DNA of 51,978 bases, taken from positions 1-51,978 of the forward strand of contig JAVVFY010000004.1 of NCBI GenBank assembly GCA_032249395.1, given 5' to 3'. Shown piece by piece: positions 1-8,409 of this stretch. Below the pieces are notes generated by a model. It was not told the DNA's origin, did not search any database, and was given only the letters and a program-made list of their open reading frames with translations. Made by a program: the position numbers and the translations under genes. Source of the DNA: Candidatus Aenigmatarchaeota archaeon. Lineage in GTDB: Archaea; Aenigmatarchaeota; Aenigmatarchaeia; CG10238-14; SpSt-28. Within the stretch, counting starts at the first letter, position 1, and each line of letters starts with the position of its first letter.

Positions 1-1968
1 CAACTCTTTAGCGTTTTCTACTTTCTTAACAAAGTCCTCAAGAAACTTAAATCTCTCTTTTTCATCATCCGGAATTAGTTCTTTAAGAGGAACTTTTATT
101 TTAACAAACTTAACAAGATTATTGTTTCTTTCATTCTCATCACCACATTTCTCCAAAATTGTTATTACTGTGTTTATGTCAGCATCAGGAAAGACTCTTT
201 CTTTTGTTTCAATTATTGCAACTATTTTACAATGCTTCAAGAAGAATTCTTGCAAGTGTTTTCCATAATCAACATCCAACCACGCATTTGATGTAATATA
301 ACCAAATCTTCCTCCATTTTTCAAAAATCTCAAACCATGAATGAAGAAGTATGCATAAATTCCTGCCCTCTTGCTCAACTTTATGTCTTCTCCCCAATCT
401 TCTTTTAATGTTTGTTGTAACTTCTCCTTATAGTTTTCAACATAAGCATCCAATTCTTCTTGTCTTGTATAAGGAGGGTTGCCAACAACAGCGTCTAACT
501 CATCGGGAACTTCAACTTTTATATTTTCTTTTCCTATACCTTCAGCTAAAATTTTCATAAATTCTTTCCATTCCTTGAATTTGCTCACTTTTATATCAAA
601 GAAATCTTTGCAAATTACAATAGGATTTTCTATTGTACTCAAATCTCTGGCAGCAAGATTAATCATCGTTAAATGTGCAGCAAATTTTGATATATCTACT
701 CCAATTAACTGCTTTACTATTTCTTTATGAGATCTGTAAGGAGAAAGATACTTTATTCTAGCATAAGCTCTAACTAAAAATGTTCCAGCACCACAACCAA
801 AATCTGCAATTTTTGCATTAGGACTTTTTATGCAAAATGTGTTAATTATATCAACTACGTCAGGATTTGTGAAATATTGTCCAAGCTTATGTCTTTCTTC
901 ATCAGGAATTAATCTATCAAATATATGCCCAACATCTTTGTATCCGAGTTTAGAAAAATCATATTTAGAGAAACCATTGATAAAGCTCCTCAAGCTTGGA
1001 ACTATTGATTTTGGTATTGGCACTCTTTCTAAGAAATCAAATCCAAAAATTGCTTCAAAATCTTTTGTCGTTTTCTCAGCTTCATCAAAATACTTTTGCA
1101 ATTCCTTCTTGAGAAGCTCACCATCTTCAATACCTTCTTCTAATTTTATTGGCTCTAAGGATGGGAAATTTCTTCTAAGAGTATTGTAAAACATTACTTT
1201 GTTTAAAAGTAAGTATAAGAACTGTCTGGCAACTTTCTCAAATGGTTCGATATCATCAATAATTGGTGCATTCCAACCTTGAGATACAAACCATTCAATA
1301 AGTCTTTCTCTAAATTCTTTATCTTCCTTGGATTTTTTCCTAACTTCGAGAGCAATAGGATAATAAGAAGCATCTACAATATTTCTAAGAGAATAGATGA
1401 AAAATTCATCAATTGGTAGTGTTGGTAGTTCTTTCTTTCCTTCCAAAAACTCAACAAGCTCTTTCAAGAATTTTCTTAGACCTTCTTTAATTTTCTTTTG
1501 AATTTCGGGGTCATCCATTTCTCTTAGGTCTTTAATTTTGACAAACTCGTATCTGCTCTTTCTTTTCTCTTCCCATGATGTAGCCTCTTCATACGTTTTC
1601 CATAGAACCAATTCATTAACATTCCATGTAGCAAAAAATGGGCTTGTAGGAGGAAGATTGGCTTTAGCTTGAGCATCGTTAATTAATTCCCAGTCATAAG
1701 GAGTCCAACCTTGCGTAGGATCTTTCAATTCAATATGGCAAACTGGTTTTATTCTGACGCTTTTCCATATGACAATATCGGGAAATCTTCTTGACTGACC
1801 ATCTGGCAATTTTTTCTCAACGTCCACATCAGCTCTTTCAAAAGGCAAGCCTTCTTCCTTTATAATCTCGTTTATCATCTCTACAAGTCTTTGTCTAATA
1901 GTGTTTTCTACATATCCAATTGGTTCAGAAGTATAGAACCTCTCAGAAGGTGTAGAATATTTGCTCAT
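1..1968 (-). CDS. Type IIG-like restriction-modification enzyme: N-terminal PD-(D/E)xK nuclease module fused to a gamma-class N6-adenine DNA methyltransferase. The C-terminal part (target recognition) lies beyond the window start.
   Basis: Absent from the ORF track because there is no stop inside the window. Minus-strand ATG at 1968-1966, open for 656 codons to position 1. My translation shows RRFPDIVIW...CHIELKD (PD...ExK, about 1720-1790), the SAM motif ADFGCGAGTF (about 781-810) and the catalytic VVGNPPY (revcomp of 469-489). This nuclease-then-methylase order is typical of MmeI/Eco57I-like enzymes. Confidence 0.75.
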   Translation of the reverse strand, partial: MSKYSTPSERFYTSEPIGYVENTIRQRLVEMINEIIKEEGLPFERADVDVEKKLPDGQSRRFPDIVIWKSVRIKPVCHIELKDPTQGWTPYDWELINDAQAKANLPPTSPFFATWNVNELVLWKTYEEATSWEEKRKSRYEFVKIKDLREMDDPEIQKKIKEGLRKFLKELVEFLEGKKELPTLPIDEFFIYSLRNIVDASYYPIALEVRKKSKEDKEFRERLIEWFVSQGWNAPIIDDIEPFEKVARQFLYLLLNKVMFYNTLRRNFPSLEPIKLEEGIEDGELLKKELQKYFDEAEKTTKDFEAIFGFDFLERVPIPKSIVPSLRSFINGFSKYDFSKLGYKDVGHIFDRLIPDEERHKLGQYFTNPDVVDIINTFCIKSPNAKIADFGCGAGTFLVRAYARIKYLSPYRSHKEIVKQLIGVDISKFAAHLTMINLAARDLSTIENPIVICKDFFDIKVSKFKEWKEFMKILAEGIGKENIKVEVPDELDAVVGNPPYTRQEELDAYVENYKEKLQQTLKEDWGEDIKLSKRAGIYAYFFIHGLRFLKNGGRFGYITSNAWLDVDYGKHLQEFFLKHCKIVAIIETKERVFPDADINTVITILEKCGDENERNNNLVKFVKIKVPLKELIPDDEKERFKFLEDFVKKVENAKEL

Positions 1969-1992
1969 TAATTAATGATTGTTTTGAAAGGT

Positions 1993-2457
1993 TTAAATTT
2001 TAGAAGAGTTTAGATAACTTTGGACTTGTTGATTTCTTTTTATCTCCAATACTTCCTTAATCTTAAATCCCATATACTTTCCTTTTTCTTCTACTGAAAT
2101 GTTGAGTAAATTTAAGCAAAACTTCTGAAGAGTCCTCCCATCGTTCATTCCAAAATTATCTATCACAAAGTCTACTTTTTTCTTTAAATCTTCATCTAGC
2201 TTAACCTCTTCTTTAAGATCTTCTTCTTTCAGCCTATCAAACTCTTTTGAGACTTCGAAAGAGAATGGTCCTAAGTAGTAAATGTAATATTCATTTCCAA
2301 GCAAACTATCTTCTCTTATCGTTTTTGAATCAGCATCATAATGTTCTATTAAAAACATTAGTTTCATGACTTGCAATTTCCCGAAGAAACTCTTTCTTTT
2401 CATCAGTTTTTTTATAAGGTAGATTAAAACTTCCCTATTCTTTTTGTTATTTTTCAT
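1993..2457 (-). CDS. Panacea/SocA (DUF4065)-like domain protein, putative antitoxin-type module
   Basis: 154 aa. The pattern GKLQVMKLMFLIEH...YYIYYLGPFSFEV resembles the KLQKLLYF...W.yGP core of DUF4065/GepA. It lies 24 nt upstream of the R-M gene on the same strand. Confidence 0.45.
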   Translation of the reverse strand: MKNNKKNREVLIYLIKKLMKRKSFFGKLQVMKLMFLIEHYDADSKTIREDSLLGNEYYIYYLGPFSFEVSKEFDRLKEEDLKEEVKLDEDLKKKVDFVIDNFGMNDGRTLQKFCLNLLNISVEEKGKYMGFKIKEVLEIKRNQQVQSYLNSSKI

Positions 2458-2487
2458 GAGATCACCATCCTACCGCACCAACCAATA

Positions 2488-3156
2488 TTAAATTCTTTTT
2501 AAACAATTTATTACTTCAGTAAGGCGTTCTATGAGCTTAAACAAGCTGTAGTTCTTTGTGCATTTCTTTGTGATATACTGACATAAAACCCTAATGTTGT
2601 CGTTCTGTATCTTTAATTTCAAATATTCTTCAACAATATAGTAGATTTCTATCAATTGTGAAATTCTTTCATAATTTTCGTTTTCAAATTGAGGGAAAAT
2701 AAGCAAAACTATAATTTTTTCATTTTTGTTTGTGTATTTCTCGACTATATCTTCTACGTATTCTAAAAAATTGCTTCCACTTATTATTCTTTTAATCTCA
2801 ATTGTAATTTCACTAGTCTTTAAATCCATATTCTCTAAAAGATAAGCATTCAATCTTTTCTTTTCTAATTCTTTTTTTATGATTAATCTACACAATCTAT
2901 CAGCATAGACATTCTTTTTCATGAACTCTTCGAAATTTTCAATTTTCTTCTTTTTAAAAAGAGGATTAAACACAAAACGGATTTTTTCTATTACATCCTT
3001 TTCTATTTCCCTAAATTCTTTCATTCTTCTACCAACTTGCCGTTCATCTATAGAGGTAATGTCAAATAAACTGCAATAGAATAACTCATGTTTATTTTCA
3101 TCATTCTTAATCTTATCGTAATATTTCTCAAATTCTTCAAATGACAGCAATTCCAT
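2488..3156 (-). CDS. Hypothetical protein, 222 aa, probably all-helical, no recognisable motif
   Basis: Long ORF with protein-like charged and hydrophobic periodicity. Its start is 1 nt after the RadC stop and it ends 30 nt before the Panacea-like gene. Confidence 0.55.
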   Translation of the reverse strand: MELLSFEEFEKYYDKIKNDENKHELFYCSLFDITSIDERQVGRRMKEFREIEKDVIEKIRFVFNPLFKKKKIENFEEFMKKNVYADRLCRLIIKKELEKKRLNAYLLENMDLKTSEITIEIKRIISGSNFLEYVEDIVEKYTNKNEKIIVLLIFPQFENENYERISQLIEIYYIVEEYLKLKIQNDNIRVLCQYITKKCTKNYSLFKLIERLTEVINCLKRI

Positions 3157-3157
3157 T

Positions 3158-3835
3158 CTAAAAACTCTCCTTCACACTTTTAAAAGAATTACTTCCTATA
3201 ATCAAATGATCTAAGACATTAACTCCTAAAAGCTCCCCTAATCTCATAATTCTTTTCGTCATTTGAATATCAGCATCGCTAGGTTCAGCATCTCCAGAAG
3301 GATGGTTGTGAACTAAAATTATTGAAGCAGCATTATAATCAAAAGCTAGCTTGAAGATTTCCCTACCTGAGAAAACACTTTCATTCAAGCTTCCTTTAAA
3401 CACATCTTCAACTTTAATCAACCTATTTCTCGAATCTAACAACAAAACTTTCAAAACTTCTTGTTCCAAATCTTGCATCTCGCTTCCAACAATTTTAAAA
3501 ACATCTTCAGGCTTTTCAATTATTGGACTTACATCTTCAACATAAGAATTAACTCTTCTCGCTAACTCAAAAATTGCTTGAATTTGGGCAGCTCTAACTT
3601 TTCCAATTCCAAAGAATTTTTCTAATTCGCCAATGCTAGCTTTTGCCAATCTCTTCAAATCATACTTTCTCAAAACTTTTTGAGTCAATTCTAAAGCTGT
3701 AATTTTCCTTCCTTTCCAATTGACATCTTTACCAAAAATTATTGCTAAGAGTTCAGCGTTAGATAAACTGCTAACTCCTTTTTGAAGCAATCTTGTTAAT
3801 GGTCTGTCTTGAAGTTTTTTTGAATAACTTTTCAT
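3158..3835 (-). CDS. radC: RadC-like JAB/MPN+ domain protein
   Basis: N-terminal HhH-like LSNAELLAIIFG and the C-terminal JAB motif ILVHNHPSGDAEPSDADIQMTKRI. Confidence 0.85.
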   Translation of the reverse strand: MKSYSKKLQDRPLTRLLQKGVSSLSNAELLAIIFGKDVNWKGRKITALELTQKVLRKYDLKRLAKASIGELEKFFGIGKVRAAQIQAIFELARRVNSYVEDVSPIIEKPEDVFKIVGSEMQDLEQEVLKVLLLDSRNRLIKVEDVFKGSLNESVFSGREIFKLAFDYNAASIILVHNHPSGDAEPSDADIQMTKRIMRLGELLGVNVLDHLIIGSNSFKSVKESF

Positions 3836-3957
3836 TTAAAGTTTTTAAGTTTGGGAAAGAGGTTAATTGCTATAAGATGGTTATAAGATAGTTTATTTTT
3901 AACTTAAATTTTTTAGCAGAGTATTAGACTTAATAACTACAAACAAAATAATATAAA

Positions 3958-6270
3958 ATGGAAATAGATCTAGAACTAAAAGAAACAATAGAGAGAATTA
4001 GAGCCGATTGGAGAGATGTAATATCTAAAAAAGTTCCTAGAGGCACGTTAATAGGAACTTTGAGAAATTTGTTTAAAGAATTTAATGTAGAAAATTTAAA
4101 CGATGTATTCAGGTTCGTAAAAGAGTTTATACAGAATGCTGATGATGCTGAAAGTAGTGAGATTAAATTTAAAATTGAAGAAGATTTTGTAACAGTTTTT
4201 AATAATGGCAAACCATTTACAAAAGACGGTATTGATAGTATATGTGGAAAATATTTCTCAAATAAAACTCCAGCTCTCCATATAGGTTTTTTAGGTATAG
4301 GTTTCAAGTCAGTTTTTTTAATCTCAGAAAGCGTGAGTATAGGATCTGTTAATAGAGAATCCGGAAAATTTATATTTTTCTCTTTTGATAAAGAGAAACT
4401 AAAGCAAGAAGCAATAAATGAAGTGTGGGAAGATGCTATAGATGAAAAGTTTCTCAAGGCCTTTTTCCAAGTATATCCGTTATTAATAAATGAGGAATCT
4501 TTTGAGATTCCACCAGAGTATAATGTCGGTTTTAGAATAAAACTAAAAAATAGAGAAATGATAAAAGAATTAACAAATTGGATGTTGAGCGAAAATAGCA
4601 TTAATCCTCGAATATTATTATTTCTTCCACACCTTCAAAGGATTATTATAGAAACTTCAGAAAGAAAAATTACGTATGAGAAAAAACTAATTGAAAACGG
4701 AGAAAACTACGAAATTTTTTCCATTAGTGGTGGAAAAGAGAATTTGTATTATCTTATCTTCAGAAAAGAATACGAAGTACCCCAAGATATTTTGAAAAAA
4801 GAAAATGAACTACTAGAAGAATACAAACGAGATAAAATTGCTAAGAGAGAGATTTATGTGGCCTTTAAACTAAGAAAAGATCAAAATGTAACACTAGAAA
4901 AAGAGAACCAGGCTACACTCCATATTCTTCCATATAGTTTTGTACCATTGAAGCAAACACCTTTGAGTAATTTACACTTCATACCTGCTGGAGATTTTCT
5001 TGCTGATATATCGAAAAGTAGAATCATTTTAGAAGGAGAATGGAACAGGTCTATTCTTTTGAATATATCAAAATTTATAAAAGAAGAGATAGTGCCATTC
5101 TTTAAGAGAGACGAAAGATTTAAATATAACTTCCTATCAGTTTTGTGGGCGGAAAAAACCTACCAAAACATCATTGATGAGAATCTTATTCTAAAAATTC
5201 AAGACTTTATAAATTCTGGTGATGTGTTTCTAACTATAGATGGTAAGTGGGTTTCGAAAGATAAAATAGTAAGAGTGCCTCCAGAATTATTTGAAATTTT
5301 TAAGATTAATAAAGATCCGATAAACAAAATTAAAGAACTGATAAAGGATAAGGAAATATTAGATCCAAGATTTGAGTTGCCAGAGAGTTTAAATGAAGAA
5401 CTTGAATCACGACTTTCTGAAAATATATTTTATTACCTTAAAGAATATTTTAGATCATTAGTTGAAAAATTCGAAACATTACCTGAAGAGGAAAAGAAAG
5501 ATACCATTTTATTGATTTCCGAATTGTATGTTAATTATCTCAAAAAAATTCGAGATTCAAATAAGAAGATATTGGTAGATGAATTAATAGAAGAATTAAG
5601 AGGATTGAAATTTAAATCAAAAAGTGGTAAAATTATTTCAATAGGGGAATTGTTTCTACCTTCAGAAATTTCTGAATATAAACTGGAAGAGATTGTAAAT
5701 AAGTTAAGAGAACAACTTGGAGAATTCTTTACCGAATATGTAGAAACTGGAGAAGAAAAAAGAATAAGCTACGAATTTTTAGATATAGCACCGTTTAAGG
5801 ATATTATAAATAATGAAAATGTTAAGACATTTTTAAGAAGAGTGAGCAGAGAATCTAAAATAGATAACCAATTAGGAGCTTTGAGAGAAAACTTAAGCTA
5901 TAACATTGCTTTATTATTTATAAAAAAGAAAAAGGCAGGTAGTAAAAATGTCAGATTCGAATTAATTCTGAATCCAACGGATTTTTTGACTTTAATGGGT
6001 AATGACCAAATTTATGTTGAAGTAAAAAGCTCTATTAATAAAGAATTTGTTCTTGAAAGAGCTCAAATAGATTTCATTCTAAATCCATCTAATAAGGTAG
6101 AATTAATTTTTGTGGATTATTCTTTAAATGAAGATTTGAAATATGATATTGAGTGGATCAAAGTATACGAAATTAATATAAATAATTTGAGTTATTATCA
6201 ATGGAAAGTGAAAATGGAAGATGAAATAAAAGCTGGCGAATGTAATCTAAGAGAATTATTGAATGAATAG
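3958..6270 (+). CDS. Sacsin/Hsp90-like GHKL ATPase fused to a C-terminal DUF3883-like PD-(D/E)xK (restriction endonuclease-like) domain
   Basis: 770 aa. N-box EFIQNADDAES, then FNNGKPFTKDGIDSI and IGFLGIGFKSVFLISE (sacsin-type G-boxes). The C-terminal 100 aa carry TDFLTL...IYVEVKSS...LERAQIDF, matching the D...EVK...nE pattern of DUF3883. Confidence 0.65.
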   Translation: MEIDLELKETIERIRADWRDVISKKVPRGTLIGTLRNLFKEFNVENLNDVFRFVKEFIQNADDAESSEIKFKIEEDFVTVFNNGKPFTKDGIDSICGKYFSNKTPALHIGFLGIGFKSVFLISESVSIGSVNRESGKFIFFSFDKEKLKQEAINEVWEDAIDEKFLKAFFQVYPLLINEESFEIPPEYNVGFRIKLKNREMIKELTNWMLSENSINPRILLFLPHLQRIIIETSERKITYEKKLIENGENYEIFSISGGKENLYYLIFRKEYEVPQDILKKENELLEEYKRDKIAKREIYVAFKLRKDQNVTLEKENQATLHILPYSFVPLKQTPLSNLHFIPAGDFLADISKSRIILEGEWNRSILLNISKFIKEEIVPFFKRDERFKYNFLSVLWAEKTYQNIIDENLILKIQDFINSGDVFLTIDGKWVSKDKIVRVPPELFEIFKINKDPINKIKELIKDKEILDPRFELPESLNEELESRLSENIFYYLKEYFRSLVEKFETLPEEEKKDTILLISELYVNYLKKIRDSNKKILVDELIEELRGLKFKSKSGKIISIGELFLPSEISEYKLEEIVNKLREQLGEFFTEYVETGEEKRISYEFLDIAPFKDIINNENVKTFLRRVSRESKIDNQLGALRENLSYNIALLFIKKKKAGSKNVRFELILNPTDFLTLMGNDQIYVEVKSSINKEFVLERAQIDFILNPSNKVELIFVDYSLNEDLKYDIEWIKVYEININNLSYYQWKVKMEDEIKAGECNLRELLNE

Positions 6271-6287
6271 TATTTACTTTTAAGTCT

Positions 6288-7145
6288 TCATCTTTCCTTT
6301 CCAACTTTTTCAATCATTTCTTTTATTGTGTTTCTAATGTTCTCATCTTTTATTTGTCTTACTAATTCCTTCCAGCTTTCAATTATTTTCTCTTCACCCA
6401 AGCTATCTAACATAAACCAAAACAATGGGATAAGTCTTTTTCTTAAAGCAGATTTTTCTTTGAATTCTTTTATCATTTCTGGATACAATGAGCCCGCAAG
6501 AACCCTTTTCTTATCTTCATCCCATCTTATATAGTAAGAATCTCCTGTAAATGGTGAAACACTCGTATCAACTTCACTGACACAATCTATTAAAAATGAT
6601 GAAAATAATCCTCTATCACCAATGAACTTTATAGGATCATAATCAAATAGTTTTAACAATAATAAACCGCCTGTTAATGTTCCGGAACCTATTAGTGCAT
6701 ATCCCGGATTATCGTGAAGAGGTTCACACAAACCTCTGTCATCAAACTTATACAACTTTGGATTTCCCTCTTGAGTTACACTTGCGAGTAGCATTGTAGT
6801 ATCTACTTCAATGCCAGCGTTTTTCAACTCAGAATATCTATTTATCAAATAATTTTCAATTTCATGAACTATCTTCTCCATCTCATCTTCTTTGGGGCTT
6901 CTCGGTTTTTGTAGAGATATAAACCAGTTTTCAAAAATTTTTTGAATATTTTCCATGTTTTGTTTTATAATTGTTGCATCTCCAGAACCTGCCAATAATG
7001 CTAAATCATATTCTTCTCCATTTATGTAAAACCCTATTGGAAAAATTTTCTTTTCTTCTCTCATTATTCCTATCATGCTTGAAACTCTGGTATCAGCTGT
7101 AACCAAAATTCCATTACCCCATCTCAATGCAATGATGAAAGTCAT
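6288..7145 (-). CDS. Divergent proteasome-beta/HslV-like Ntn hydrolase with insertions and a C-terminal helical extension
   Basis: The ORF track gives 6288-7223. I prefer the internal ATG at 7145, which yields M-TFIIALRWGNGILVTADTR...KKIFPI...LLAGSGDAT...ALIGSGT. Thr1, Asp17 and Lys32/33 line up with archaeal PsmB (TTTVG...ATE/DRR...GKKLFQI). An A/T-rich TATA-like stretch lies 20-35 nt upstream of 7145. Confidence 0.6.
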   Translation of the reverse strand: MTFIIALRWGNGILVTADTRVSSMIGIMREEKKIFPIGFYINGEEYDLALLAGSGDATIIKQNMENIQKIFENWFISLQKPRSPKEDEMEKIVHEIENYLINRYSELKNAGIEVDTTMLLASVTQEGNPKLYKFDDRGLCEPLHDNPGYALIGSGTLTGGLLLLKLFDYDPIKFIGDRGLFSSFLIDCVSEVDTSVSPFTGDSYYIRWDEDKKRVLAGSLYPEMIKEFKEKSALRKRLIPLFWFMLDSLGEEKIIESWKELVRQIKDENIRNTIKEMIEKVGKER

Positions 7146-7337
7146 ATATAGTAATTGCATTATTATAAATATAATTCTTTTAAGACTACTAGCAAGAATA
7201 AGTATACAGAAATAAGGCTTCAATTACCCTTTAATCTTTATAATAATATTCATTCTCCTTTAAGAACAAAGTCAATGCTACAATAGAAATAAGATTTAGA
7301 GCAACTTCAATCAAAATAATCAAAGTCTGTTTTTATG

Positions 7338-7640
7338 TTATTTTTTATTTTCTTTTGCTTTCTTCTTTTCCAATTCATCCAAAACTTCTATCTTCACTTT
7401 CTCCAAAGCAAGAAAAGCTTCAATTCTTCCAATCGTCTTACCTATATTGTAAACCTTCATCTTCTCTTCATCATAATTTCTAATAAGCCTTTGCTCACAT
7501 TCTTTAATTTGACTAACTATTTTCATCAATCTCTCTTTAGTCATTGCCCTAGAAAAGAAATCCTTAATGAACAAGCCAGTTATCTTTTTTATTTTCTCCA
7601 ATTCTTCATACAATCTGTCATCACTCACTTTTCTCACCAA
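7338..7640 (-). CDS. Hypothetical coiled-coil protein (100 aa)
   Basis: Charged, heptad-like sequence. It is more protein-like than the overlapping plus-strand ORF 7335-7643, which is F/L/S-rich. Same strand as the flanking genes. Confidence 0.4.
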   Translation of the reverse strand: MVRKVSDDRLYEELEKIKKITGLFIKDFFSRAMTKERLMKIVSQIKECEQRLIRNYDEEKMKVYNIGKTIGRIEAFLALEKVKIEVLDELEKKKAKENKK

Positions 7641-7656
7641 TAAATCCCATTAAAAC

Positions 7657-8409
7657 TTAACTCTTAAATCTCTTTCTGTCTTTGTTTTGAATTTTTCTTA
7701 TAATCAAAAACATTGTCTCTAAAAATGAAGCTAAAGTGAAGAGAGAAACTAAAGATGGAGAAATTTGGATTAAATCGTCAAACTCTATTTCAATAGGACC
7801 AACTATCTCTTCTTTCTTTATTTTCTTATGCCACTTAAGATAATGCTCTCTTTGCATTTTCCTATAAGATTTCTCATATGTCATCGATTTTCTAAGATAA
7901 TACAAAGCTTTCATATATTCTTCCCAGCAGCACCAATCTTTCTTGTATAGTAATAAGAATTCATCGTCTTCATCTGTCTCATTAAGTACAGAAAGCTCTT
8001 GTGTTTTCACCTTTTCCTTGATAAGAGTTCTTATATCAATAAGGAAATCTTGAGTAGTGTAGATTTTATTCTTATTAGCAAAAGAACCTATTCCTCCCAT
8101 TATTCCCTCATACTTAGAAGTAAAACCCCAGTACCATTCATTATCTCTTTCCACATCTTCCCAAGGAAGTTTATGACCAGCATAAGAAAGAACTATTGAA
8201 AATTCTGGGTCAAAATGGAAATTCCATCTATCAAAATAAGGACTGCCTTTTGGAATTTTTACGTAGATTCTAGTCGGTTAACCAAATTTTATGAGAGTGT
8301 AGATTACATAATCTTCCCATTTTGACTGGAATAAAACGTACTTAAATTTCATTTCTTCTAGCTTAGCGAATATTGCTTTAAGTGCTTTTTCTAATGTTGA
8401 AGCCTTCAT
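7657..8409 (-). pseudogene. Hypothetical protein gene interrupted by one in-frame TAA
   Basis: ATG at 8409-8407 is in the same frame as ORF 7657-8154. The reading frame is continuous (MKASTLEKALKAIFAKLEEMKFKYVLFQSKWEDYVIYTLIKFG*PTRIYVKIPKG...WEDVERDNEWYW) except for TAA at 8280-8278. Confidence 0.5.

Noticed and set aside
351-1189. Three plus-strand ORFs (351-560, 479-730, 830-1189) from the ORF track
   Set aside because: They lie antisense to the long minus-strand methyltransferase frame, which carries clear FGCGAGTF and NPPY motifs. Their translations are low-complexity F/L/S-rich shadows typical of AT-rich DNA.
3930-4601. Minus-strand 223-aa ORF overlapping the start of the GHKL gene; also 3351-3545 (+) inside radC and 6328-6534 (+) inside the Ntn gene
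   Set aside because: The opposite strand encodes proteins with strong family motifs. These ORFs are S/F/L/I-rich with no motif.
7335-7643. Plus-strand 102-aa ORF exactly overlapping the minus-strand 100-aa ORF
   Set aside because: The plus-strand translation is F/L/I/S-rich low complexity. The minus-strand product is a balanced charged coiled-coil and is co-oriented with its neighbours. Neither is strongly supported.
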